Source: Lepagella sp. (GTDB lineage Bacteria; Bacteroidota; Bacteroidia; Bacteroidales; Muribaculaceae). From it: DNA of 64,000 nt. Positions 28,801 through 36,448 of the stretch are shown here, one piece after another. Position 1 is the first letter of the stretch. Each line of letters opens with the position of its first letter. The notes beneath the pieces were generated by a model that did not search any database, was not told the DNA's origin, and saw only the letters and a program-made list of their open reading frames with translations. A program made the position numbers and the translations under genes. Location of the stretch: NCBI GenBank assembly GCA_051872035.1, contig JBJEDL010000083.1, positions 692-64,691 of the forward strand, given 5' to 3'.

Positions 28801-28896
28801 CTTGCTATATACAGTCCCATGGATCGTTACGTCCTGTCCTTTCGCCATTATCCATGTACTCAGGATAAATAGCGCAATTAGGATCGCTTTTCTCAT
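25801..28896 (-). CDS. susC: SusC/RagA-family TonB-dependent outer-membrane transporter
   Basis: Signal peptide, CarboxypepD_reg-like domain (VTIHGTVYSKSDNEPLIGATVQL), TonB plug and a 22-strand barrel. C-terminal …VTFGVNLVF. Confidence 0.93.
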   Translation of the reverse strand: MRKAILIALFILSTWIMAKGQDVTIHGTVYSKSDNEPLIGATVQLEKNPSKGTSTDLDGNFTITMPEGSRLVISYIGYETVKVKAVDGMKVMLVESSQVLNELVVVGYGTQKKVDVTGAITAVDVDEISKQNENNPIKALQGRVPGMNITADGGPSGAATVRIRGIGTLNDNDPLYIVDGVPTKSGMHELNPNDIESIQVLKDAASASIYGSRAANGVIIITTKRGKDLKITLDASVSAQFYVNKMNVLNAEGYGRSLWQAYVNDGQDPNTNGLGYNFNWGYDASGNPTLYNINMAKYLDAAGTTPASDTDWFDETTRTGLIQNYNFTISGGSDRVKSFFSFGYYKNLGIIKDTDFERFSARLNNEYKPFGDILTIGEHFTLSRTDEVLAPGGFLQNVLQFNPSLPVYTTDGEYAGPVGGYPDRENPVARLDRNKDNRYVYWRYFGDAYINVAPFKGFNIRSTFGLDYSQKKQRIFTYPITEGNVANSTNGVEAKQEHWNRWMWNAVASYNIDARKNHVDALVGVELIRETSEWFSAYKEDFSVLNPDYMWPDAGIGTAQAYGSGDGYSLVSFFAKANYSYDSRYLASVTVRHDGSSRFGANNRFATFPSVSLGWRINNESFLRDESWLNELKLRLSWGTTGNQQISNLARYYVYVPNYGVNESGGQSYGTSYDIDGTNGGSILPSGFKRDQIGNPDIKWETTTQYNIGLDFSFLNSRLYGSLDLYYKKTSDILVQMAGIGAMGEGSSQWINAGGMDNKGVELNLGFRNTTSYGFTYEITGNIAAYRNKITELPATVAANGTFGGNGVYSVIGHPMGSQVGYIADGIFKSQEEVDQHALQEGAGVGRIRWRDLDGDGAITEKDQEWIYDPTPDFTYGLNVNLQYKDFDFSMFWQGSQGADVISDLKKETDLWSGLNIGFLNKGSRLLDAWTPSNPNSDIPALTRSDVNNEKRVSTYYVEDGSFLKLRNIQFGYTLPVKITSKAHINKLRFYVSAQNLLTIKSKNFTGVDPENPNYGYPIATNVTFGVNLVF

Positions 28897-28921
28897 GATT
28901 TTAAGGAAATTTGAATTTTTG

Positions 28922-28929
28922 CAAATTTA
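28922..28929 (-). promoter_or_regulatory. -7 promoter box (TAAATTTG) for the susC operon
   Basis: Matches TAnnTTTG, 25 nt upstream of the susC ATG. Confidence 0.55.
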
Positions 28930-28960
28930 CATATTATGCATTCCTACCTGTTATAATTCA

Positions 28961-28988
28961 TGTTGCAATCATTACAATTTTTGTTGCA
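28961..28988 (+). promoter_or_regulatory. candidate operator: direct repeat TGTTGCA-N14-TGTTGCA
   Basis: Two identical heptamers exactly 21 bp apart, 32-60 nt upstream of the susC -7 box. The same phased motif occurs at 32064-32091. Confidence 0.3.
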
Positions 28989-29083
28989 TTGTATCAATTT
29001 TTTTGATATTTGTTAAAAATTTACATTATTAAATTTATAATACAGCTTGAAAAATACAAGAAAATACATGTTTGTTTGAGTGC

Positions 29084-29126
29084 AAAAAAGTATAGGAACA
29101 AAGCCGGTAAAATAGGCTTTGTTCCT
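29084..29126 (-). terminator. terminator after the HTCS gene
   Basis: Perfect 12-bp hairpin AGGAACAAAGCC / GGCTTTGTTCCT. On the minus strand it is followed by TATACTTTTTT. Confidence 0.75.
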
Positions 29127-29154
29127 AATTTTTTAATTATTAATTCCTTATTTT

Positions 29155-32001
29155 TTATTTGATGGAGAGCTCTTCGCGCAGTTCGCTCGGTGTCTTGCCA
29201 TATACCTCACGGAAGCATTTTGTGAAGTATGCCGGATTCGAAAAACCGGTGGCGTAGGCAATCTCACTTACCGATTGCTCAGTGCTCGTGAGCAGTCGTC
29301 GTGCTTTCTTCAGCCGGATGTGGCGGATCAGCTCGTTGGGGGAGTAGTTGGTCAGTGATTTGATCTTCCGGTAGAATTGTGTCCTGCCCAATCCCATCTG
29401 TCCGGCTATCTCTTCGACACTCAGATCGGAGTTGCCAAGTTGTGGCTCCAAGAGTTCGAGGAATCTTCGATAGAAGTCACTGTCGATATCTCCACCAACG
29501 CTCTTGATCGCTTTGCTCGATTCTACCGGCATCTTGGCATCTTTCTTTTCAGCGTCTGCTTTGACACCGGTGTCGGTCTTTAATTGATTGTCGTAGAGCT
29601 CGCGGATGCGTTTGCGGTTTTCGATTAGATTGGCAATTCTTGATTCCAACACCTTATATGAGAAGGGTTTGGAGATATAGCCATCTGCTCCCGAGTCATA
29701 CCCCTCGGCTCGCTGCTCGTCAAGCGAGCAGGCTGTCAATAGCAATACCGGGATGTGGCTCGTCGTCACCTCTCCTTTGATGCGGCGACAACATTCGAAT
29801 CCATCCATCTTCGGCATCATCACATCGCATATGATGATGTCGGGAACATATTTCACACTCATCCGAAGTCCCTCTTCGCCATTGCTGGCGCTGATCACTT
29901 GGTAGCGGTCGCGGAATTGCTCTTTGATCATCAGTCGGATGTCGGCATTGTCGTCGATGATCAGCATCACCGGCTTCACTTGGGATTCCGCTTCTATTGA
30001 CCCTTCATCGTCTGTCGTCTCGAGAGCATTGATCTCGTTGATCGCACCTTCCAAGAATATGCCTTTTACTTTCTCTTGTTTCTGCTCGTCACTCTTCGAG
30101 ATTTCTTCTTGTCGCTCTTCGCTATCTCTATTTGTGCTTTCTGATATGTGGCAGATAGGTATAGTTACGGTGAACTGTGCTCCTTGTCCCGGTTGGCTCT
30201 TTACTGTCAGCGTGCCTGTGTGCAATTCGACGAAGGCTTTCGTTAAAGCCAGACCGATGCCCGAACCATCCGGATTTACCTTATCTACCTGATAGAATCG
30301 TTCGAAAATCTTGGTGAGATTCTCTTCACTTATTCCCACTCCGTCGTCGATGACACTAAACCGTAGTTTCCCATCTTCAATACAGCTCTCGAAGGTGATG
30401 TGCCCATTGTCGGGTGTATTCTTGAAGGCGTTGGAAAGCAAATTGAAGATGACGCGCTCTATCTTCTCTTTGTCGATGGCAAGTCGATAATCCTCTCCCT
30501 CCGCCATCTCGATGTTGAGCTTGATGTGCCGACGTGTCGCCACTGAGCGGAAGGATTCCACCCATTCTCTTGCTTCGACGCCAAAGTCTACCTCCTCACG
30601 ATGGAGTGTGAGCTTCCCATTCTCATATTTGCGGAAGTCAAGTAGCTGGTTGATCAGCCTGTTGAGGATCTTGGCATTCTTCGCTGCTATCCGCAGGAGG
30701 GTGTTCTTTCGCTCTTCTCCCATGTCCGGCTTGTCGAGAATCTGCTCGATAGGATCGGCTATAAGGGTCAATGGGGTCCGCAGATCGTGCGATACGTTGG
30801 TGTAAAACACAAGTTTGGAGTTGGTGGCTTGGGTCAGTTGTTCGTTCAGTATCTTCTGTCGGTCGCGCTGCTCTTCGAGCTCTCGGTTCTTCTCTTGAAG
30901 TTGGTGCCGATGCTGTTGTGCCAGATAATACCACCTCCATATTATATATACTACTACAGCCATCAGCACTATCACTGCAATCATGGCATATAGGAAGGCA
31001 GTCTGTGCCGAGTGCTTCTCCCAGTAGACATCCACCTGCTTCTTCAGTTTTTTCATCTTGTCTGTCTCGTAGGTGAGTTGCTTGTTTTGCAAGAGCAAGA
31101 TGCCGGCATTGCTCGAATCGACTGCCGAGGCTACCGGGAGGTATTCATCTCGAGGGTATGGACGCCCTTCGATTATGTCGATGGCACGATTGATGATGTG
31201 TTGGCCCTCGGTGGGGTAGAGGAAGGTGGCATCGATCACTCCATCTGCCACGGCTTGTATACCAATCTCCGGCGCTGCATCTATTCCTATTATTTTTATG
31301 TCATCTCGTCCTATGGCGCGCGCCGATTCGGAAGCTCCGATCGCCATACGATCATTGTGTGCATAGATCAAATTCACCTCCGGATGCTCCCGAAGCATGG
31401 AGTCGACCACGATCTTCGCATCTTCTTTGTTCCATCTCGCACATGCCGAGGCTATGATGTCTATCCTCCCTATGCTGTCTGCTCCATGCTTAAAGCCTGA
31501 ACGCCGATCGTCGGCAGGTGTCGACCCGTCAAGCCCTCGTACTTCGATCACCTTGATATCGCCCTTCACCAAGTTGCCGGCATATTCCGATGCCATCTGA
31601 CCGATGCGATAGTTGTCTACTCGGATGTTCGCCGTATAGCTGTCGCCATTGACATCTCGATCGAACAGCACCACCGGAATGCCTCGTTCATACACCTCTT
31701 TTATCTTTGGTGTTAGTCCGTTCGCTTCGTTCGGTGCCACGATCAGGATGTCTACTCCTTCCTTTATAAAGTAATCGATGTCGTCGATCTGCTTCTGACT
31801 GTTGTCATCGGCCGAGCGTATCTCTACATCTATTTCGTTATGAAACATCATCTCGCGCTCGATCTCGTCGTTGAGTTTCGATCGCCAGTCATCTTGGCTG
31901 CATTGCGACACGCCAATCTTGTAACGCCGCTCCGACTTGCTGCAACCGATCATTAGTGCCCCGAGAATCAAGGCTACGAGTAGGGGAATGAGTCTTCTCA
32001 C
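29155..32001 (-). CDS. hybrid two-component system sensor/regulator (HTCS) with periplasmic sugar-binding domain
   Basis: 948 aa. N-terminal type I periplasmic-binding-protein domain, TM segment, HisKA (VSHDLRTPL), HATPase, receiver (…IICDVMMPKMDG…) and C-terminal AraC-type HTH. The architecture matches the fructose-sensing HTCS of the B. thetaiotaomicron fructan PUL. GTG start. Confidence 0.9.
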   Translation of the reverse strand: MRRLIPLLVALILGALMIGCSKSERRYKIGVSQCSQDDWRSKLNDEIEREMMFHNEIDVEIRSADDNSQKQIDDIDYFIKEGVDILIVAPNEANGLTPKIKEVYERGIPVVLFDRDVNGDSYTANIRVDNYRIGQMASEYAGNLVKGDIKVIEVRGLDGSTPADDRRSGFKHGADSIGRIDIIASACARWNKEDAKIVVDSMLREHPEVNLIYAHNDRMAIGASESARAIGRDDIKIIGIDAAPEIGIQAVADGVIDATFLYPTEGQHIINRAIDIIEGRPYPRDEYLPVASAVDSSNAGILLLQNKQLTYETDKMKKLKKQVDVYWEKHSAQTAFLYAMIAVIVLMAVVVYIIWRWYYLAQQHRHQLQEKNRELEEQRDRQKILNEQLTQATNSKLVFYTNVSHDLRTPLTLIADPIEQILDKPDMGEERKNTLLRIAAKNAKILNRLINQLLDFRKYENGKLTLHREEVDFGVEAREWVESFRSVATRRHIKLNIEMAEGEDYRLAIDKEKIERVIFNLLSNAFKNTPDNGHITFESCIEDGKLRFSVIDDGVGISEENLTKIFERFYQVDKVNPDGSGIGLALTKAFVELHTGTLTVKSQPGQGAQFTVTIPICHISESTNRDSEERQEEISKSDEQKQEKVKGIFLEGAINEINALETTDDEGSIEAESQVKPVMLIIDDNADIRLMIKEQFRDRYQVISASNGEEGLRMSVKYVPDIIICDVMMPKMDGFECCRRIKGEVTTSHIPVLLLTACSLDEQRAEGYDSGADGYISKPFSYKVLESRIANLIENRKRIRELYDNQLKTDTGVKADAEKKDAKMPVESSKAIKSVGGDIDSDFYRRFLELLEPQLGNSDLSVEEIAGQMGLGRTQFYRKIKSLTNYSPNELIRHIRLKKARRLLTSTEQSVSEIAYATGFSNPAYFTKCFREVYGKTPSELREELSIK

Positions 32002-32037
32002 GATAGTTAGTTCTTGTTTGTATTTTTTTTACACCTA

Positions 32038-32045
32038 CAAATATA
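32038..32045 (-). promoter_or_regulatory. -7 promoter box (TATATTTG) for the HTCS gene
   Basis: Matches TAnnTTTG, 36 nt upstream of the GTG start. Confidence 0.5.
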
Positions 32046-32063
32046 GTGATTTTTTGGTAACTT

Positions 32064-32091
32064 TGTTCCATCGCTTACACTTTTTGTTGCA
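32064..32091 (+). promoter_or_regulatory. candidate operator: direct repeat TGTTCCA-N14-TGTTGCA
   Basis: Heptamers 21 bp apart. The right half with its flank (TTTTTGTTGCATT) is a 13/13 match to 28978-28990. It lies between the divergent HTCS and GH32 promoters. Confidence 0.3.
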
Positions 32092-32171
32092 TTATTTGAC
32101 ATTTATCAGTTTTTGTATCATTTATTATATCTATTGCAACATTTATATTCATTTAGTTTGCTCTTTTATTG

Positions 32172-32179
32172 TAATTTTG
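32172..32179 (+). promoter_or_regulatory. -7 promoter box (TAATTTTG) for the GH32-MFS-fructokinase operon
   Basis: Matches TAnnTTTG, 31 nt upstream of the ATG at 32211. Confidence 0.55.
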
Positions 32180-32210
32180 TGGCGTAAGTGTTTTAAACGA
32201 ATTAATTATC

Positions 32211-34034
32211 ATGAATACTCGTTTAGTTTTTTCATCTCTCTTGGCATTGTGTGGGCTGTTCCCCGCTTTCGCCGAGTCGACTGTTAAGGTCGAACATTTC
32301 AGCGTCAATAATACATTAGTGCGCGTTGAGGGTGATGGCAAGTATCTCCTCCTCCCGGTCAGCGAGGCTTCTTCGGAGGCTTCGGTCAATGTATTGGTCG
32401 ATGGTAATCTTGAGCGTACCATTTATGTGCGCCTCGCCACTTCGGCTGTCGATTATATGGTGCCCTTCGACCTGACACCTTATAAGGGTCATAAAGTCGC
32501 CCTTAATGTCGTTACGAATAATGGTCTCCACTCTGAGTCGGATCGCTGCTGGTCGGATCTTGAGGTGGTAGATGAGTTCGATACTACCAATCGTGAAAAG
32601 TTCCGCCCTCTTTTCCACCACACTCCGAAGTATGGCTGGATGAACGACCCTAACGGTATGTTCTATAAGGATGGCGAGTGGCATCTATATTATCAATGGA
32701 ATCCATACGGTTCGAAGTGGCAGAATATGACTTGGGGTCATGCCTCTTCTCCCGACTTGGTCAATTGGACTGAACATGACGCCGTCTTAACTCCCAATGG
32801 CTTGGGTGCCATCTTCAGCGGCAGTTGCGCTATTGACCATAATAATGATGCCGGTTTTGGCAAGGATGCCGTTATCGCTTTGTATACCTCTGCCGCCGCA
32901 AGCCAGGTGCAGAGTCTCGCTCACAGCCTCGATAATGGATATTCTTTTAAGGTGTATCCCGGCAATCCGGTGCTCTCTCTCTCGTCGGAGGCTCGCGACC
33001 CTAATTTCTTCTTCGATCCTGTCGCCAAGAAGTGGAATCTGATTCTCGCTCATCCTCTCGACCATGAGATGCTGATATTCTCTTCTACCGACCTTAAGGA
33101 GTGGAAGTATTCTTCTTCTTTCGGACGTGGCGAGGGTGCCCAAAATGGTGTGTGGGAATGCCCCGATCTTTTCCCTCTTAAGGTGGATGACTCCGACCAA
33201 GAGAAGTGGGTGATGATATGCAGCATTAACCCCGGTGGTCCTTTCGGCGGTAGCGCTACTCAATATTTTGTCGGCGATTATGATGGCAAATCGTTTACTC
33301 CCGACCGCGATGCCGATGGCAATGTCCCCATTAAGTGGATGGATTTCGGTAAGGATCATTATGCCACTGTCAGCTGGAGCGATGCTCCCTCCGGCCGCCG
33401 TTCCATTATCGCATGGATGAGCAATTGGCAGTATGCCGATATCGTACCTACTCTCCAGTATCGTAGCGCCAACAGCCTCCCGCGCGACCTCTCCCTCTTC
33501 ACCGCCCCCGATGGTCAAGTATACCTCAAGACTATCCCCTCGCCTGAAGTCGAAAGCATCGTCGGCCGCCCCTCTCTTAAACGCAGTAATGTCAAGATAT
33601 CTGCTCGTCCTCAGTCTTTCCAACTCCCCACTGCCAATTCAGGTATCTGCGCCATCGATCTTACCATCGATCCCAAGGAGGCCTCTAAGGTGGAGTTGAC
33701 TCTATCAAATGCCGGCGGCGAGTCTGTCGTGGTCTCTTACGATGTGGCTGCAAAACTCGTGTCGTTCGATCGTAATAAAAGCGGTATCGTTGAGTTTAAC
33801 AAGGATTTCTGCGTGGTGTCGAAAGCTCCTACACTCTCTGACTCTAAAGTCCTCTCCCTCCGATTCTTTATCGATCGCTCAAGCATCGAGATCTTCGGTA
33901 ATGATGGCAAGTTCGCATTGACCAACTTGGTATTCCCCCAGTCTCCTTATACCACTCTCTCGGTCTCTGCCGATCGTAAGTGTAAGGTCTCTTCGATCAG
34001 TGTAGCGCCCATCTCTCCCTCCTCTCCCAATTAA
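32211..34034 (+). CDS. glycoside hydrolase family 32 (periplasmic exo-fructosidase-like)
   Basis: Type I signal peptide. Canonical GH32 motifs WMNDPNGMFY, RDPNFF and WECPDLF. C-terminal beta-sandwich. Confidence 0.92.
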   Translation: MNTRLVFSSLLALCGLFPAFAESTVKVEHFSVNNTLVRVEGDGKYLLLPVSEASSEASVNVLVDGNLERTIYVRLATSAVDYMVPFDLTPYKGHKVALNVVTNNGLHSESDRCWSDLEVVDEFDTTNREKFRPLFHHTPKYGWMNDPNGMFYKDGEWHLYYQWNPYGSKWQNMTWGHASSPDLVNWTEHDAVLTPNGLGAIFSGSCAIDHNNDAGFGKDAVIALYTSAAASQVQSLAHSLDNGYSFKVYPGNPVLSLSSEARDPNFFFDPVAKKWNLILAHPLDHEMLIFSSTDLKEWKYSSSFGRGEGAQNGVWECPDLFPLKVDDSDQEKWVMICSINPGGPFGGSATQYFVGDYDGKSFTPDRDADGNVPIKWMDFGKDHYATVSWSDAPSGRRSIIAWMSNWQYADIVPTLQYRSANSLPRDLSLFTAPDGQVYLKTIPSPEVESIVGRPSLKRSNVKISARPQSFQLPTANSGICAIDLTIDPKEASKVELTLSNAGGESVVVSYDVAAKLVSFDRNKSGIVEFNKDFCVVSKAPTLSDSKVLSLRFFIDRSSIEIFGNDGKFALTNLVFPQSPYTTLSVSADRKCKVSSISVAPISPSSPN

Positions 34035-34075
34035 AATAGTTTAACTCATTTGTTTGATCTAATATTTTATTAATC

Positions 34076-35260
34076 ATGAAATCTCAAACACAAAATTCCG
34101 GCAAGAGCTCTATGCTTCAGATCATCCCGGTGATGCTCTGCTTCTTCGCTATGGGCTTCGTCGATCTGGTTGGCACTGCTTCCAATTATGTGCAGAAGGA
34201 TTTGAACCTTCTCGATTCGCAAGCCAATCTCTTCCCCTCTCTCGTCTTTTTCTGGTTCTTGATTTTCTCGGTTCCGACCGGTATGCTTATGAATCGTATC
34301 GGCCGCAAGAAAACCGTGCTCGTGAGCCTCGTCATAACTTTGGTCTCTCTCTTCGTGCCTCTCTTTGGCGATGATTATTATACGATGCTTATCGCTTTCT
34401 CTCTCTTGGGCATCGGTAATGCCGTGATGCAAACTTCGCTCAATCCCTTGGTGAGCAATCTTATCTCTTCCGATAAGTTGGCTTCTACTTTGACCTTGGG
34501 ACAGTTCGTTAAGGCTATCGCTTCGTTCCTCGCGCCGATCTTGATGGCCTGGGGCGCTACAACTCTTTTCCCGGTGTTCGGCCTCGGTTGGAGAGTCCTC
34601 TTCTTGATCTATGCTTTGGTCTGCCTCCTCTCTGTGGCTGCACTCGCTGCTACTCCCATTCAGGAGGCTCGCCCCGATAAGGCTTCCAGCATCAAGGAGT
34701 GTCTTAAACTCTTGAGCAGTCCTTTCGTTTTGCTCTGCTTCCTCGCCATCGTTTGCCATGTCGGCATCGATGTCGGCACCAACACCACCGCTCCCAAGAT
34801 CATCATGGAGCGCCTCAATCTCCCTCTTGAGGAAGCCGGTTTCGCCACAAGCGTCTATTTCATCTTCCGTACCATCGGTTGCTTCCTCGGCGCTTTTATC
34901 CTTCGCAAGATCTCTTCGAAGCTCTTCTTTATCATCAGCGTGGCTTTGATCGCTGTTGGTTTGGCTCTCCTCCTTTTCGCCGATTCGCTGGCGATGCTCT
35001 ATATAGCTATCGCTTTCGTCGGTTTCGGTAATTCTAATATTTTCCCCATTACTTTCTCTCAGGCTCTTATCGATCAGCCCGACTATCGCAATGAGGTTTC
35101 CGGCTTGATGATCATGGGTCTCTTCGGCGGTACACTCTTCCCTCTCGCTATGGGATATGCCGCTGATGGTATCGGTGCGCAGTGGGCCGCTGTGGCTGTG
35201 ATGCTCGTAGGCGCTGCTTATCTTGCTGTTTACTCTCTTAATATTAGAAAGGAAAAGTAA
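34076..35260 (+). CDS. MFS sugar transporter (glucose/galactose-FucP type; probable fructose permease)
   Basis: 394 aa, 12 predicted TM segments. Located between GH32 and the fructokinase, as in known fructan PULs. Confidence 0.85.
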   Translation: MKSQTQNSGKSSMLQIIPVMLCFFAMGFVDLVGTASNYVQKDLNLLDSQANLFPSLVFFWFLIFSVPTGMLMNRIGRKKTVLVSLVITLVSLFVPLFGDDYYTMLIAFSLLGIGNAVMQTSLNPLVSNLISSDKLASTLTLGQFVKAIASFLAPILMAWGATTLFPVFGLGWRVLFLIYALVCLLSVAALAATPIQEARPDKASSIKECLKLLSSPFVLLCFLAIVCHVGIDVGTNTTAPKIIMERLNLPLEEAGFATSVYFIFRTIGCFLGAFILRKISSKLFFIISVALIAVGLALLLFADSLAMLYIAIAFVGFGNSNIFPITFSQALIDQPDYRNEVSGLMIMGLFGGTLFPLAMGYAADGIGAQWAAVAVMLVGAAYLAVYSLNIRKEK

Positions 35261-35307
35261 TTTTGTTAACAGATTATAGTCTAATAAAAACTCAATTTCA
35301 TTTAGCT

Positions 35308-36216
35308 ATGGATGAAAAAAATATAGTAGTCGGTATGGGTGAGGCGCTTTGGGATTGCCTCCCCGAGGGCCGCAAGATCGGCGGAGCTCCCGCCAATTTC
35401 GCTTACCATGTCTCTCAATACGGCATCGAAAGCCGTGTCATCAGCGCCGTTGGCAAGGATGACCTTGGTCGTGAAATCTTGGATACCTTCACCTCGATGG
35501 GACTTAACACGGATTATATCCAGACTGTCGATTTTCCCACCGGTACTGTCGATGTAACTCTCGATGAGAAGAAAATTCCTCATTATAACATCGTGCAGGG
35601 TGTGGCTTGGGATAATATCCCCTGGACTTCCGACCTCATGGAGCTCGCTAAGAGAACTCGCGCTGTATGCTTCGGTTCGCTCGCCCAACGCAGTGAAGTG
35701 TCTCGTCGCACTATCCTCAATTTCCTCGATGCCGTGCCCAATACTCCCGACACTTACAAGGTCTTCGATATCAATCTGCGCCAGAATTTCTTCACTCCCG
35801 AAGTGCTGACTGAGTCGATCTCTCGTTGTAATGTCATGAAGATCAATGATGAGGAACTTGGTCTCGTTAGCCAGATGTTCGGTTATCCCGGCATCGATTT
35901 CAAGGACCAGTGCTGGATCATCCTCGGCAAGTATGCCCTCAAACTCTTGATCCTCACTTGTGGCACTGATGGCAGTTATGTCTTCACTCCCGGCAAAATA
36001 TCTTTCCTCCCCACTCCTATCGTGGAGGTGGCAGACACTGTCGGTGCCGGCGATAGCTTCACCGGTGCTTTCATCGCCTCTCTGCTCCATGGCAGAAGCG
36101 TCGAGGAAGCTCATGCTTTGGCTGTCGAGACAAGTGCTTTCGTCTGCACTTGCAATGGCGCTATGCCTCGTCTCCCGGAGTCTCTGATTTCTAAATGTAA
36201 ATGTTATATCAAGTAA
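35308..36216 (+). CDS. PfkB-family carbohydrate kinase (fructokinase)
   Basis: GGAPANFA N-terminal motif and C-terminal DTVGAGDSFTGAF (PfkB signature 2). ATG at 35308 is preferred over TTG at 35263. Confidence 0.88.
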   Translation: MDEKNIVVGMGEALWDCLPEGRKIGGAPANFAYHVSQYGIESRVISAVGKDDLGREILDTFTSMGLNTDYIQTVDFPTGTVDVTLDEKKIPHYNIVQGVAWDNIPWTSDLMELAKRTRAVCFGSLAQRSEVSRRTILNFLDAVPNTPDTYKVFDINLRQNFFTPEVLTESISRCNVMKINDEELGLVSQMFGYPGIDFKDQCWIILGKYALKLLILTCGTDGSYVFTPGKISFLPTPIVEVADTVGAGDSFTGAFIASLLHGRSVEEAHALAVETSAFVCTCNGAMPRLPESLISKCKCYIK

Positions 36217-36305
36217 AATTTCTTCCGGTTTGAAAGATTGTTCAAATTTGTAGGTTCTTCAGTTTTTTAGTATTATTTGTACTCATAGGATTTTAGGTTA
36301 AGTTA

Positions 36306-36347
36306 AGGGCTGTGTCACATGTGAATATGACACAGCCCTGTTCTTTT
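36306..36347 (+). terminator. terminator after the fructokinase operon
   Basis: Perfect 12-bp hairpin AGGGCTGTGTCA / TGACACAGCCCT followed by GTTCTTTT. Confidence 0.75.
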
Positions 36348-36385
36348 GCCCGTTCGTTCAAGGGGGACTCACCAACGATGGTTTA

Positions 36386-36424
36386 TGAAAAAAATAAAAG
36401 GCAAGCGTCCATGACGCTTGCCTT
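36386..36424 (-). terminator. terminator after the oadA-like gene
   Basis: Perfect 12-bp hairpin AAGGCAAGCGTC / GACGCTTGCCTT (3-nt loop). On the minus strand it is followed by TTTTATTTTTTT. Confidence 0.8.
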
Positions 36425-36448
36425 TAGCATATTCAAGATTTTGTCAGA

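Noticed and set aside
29121-29150. Single TTCCTAATT / AATTCCTTA motifs near the HTCS stop (a similar one at 50793-50801 overlaps a stop codon). I considered whether they are further copies of the heptamer element.
   Set aside because: Only one unit each, with no conserved head sequence (GCGTAGCC…). They cannot be told apart from ordinary AT-rich 3' flanks.
32787-36114. Minus-strand ORFs 32787..33623 (278 aa), 34070..34759 (229 aa) and 35302..36114 (270 aa), antisense to GH32, MFS and fructokinase
   Set aside because: Shadow ORFs with acidic or low-complexity products and no motifs.
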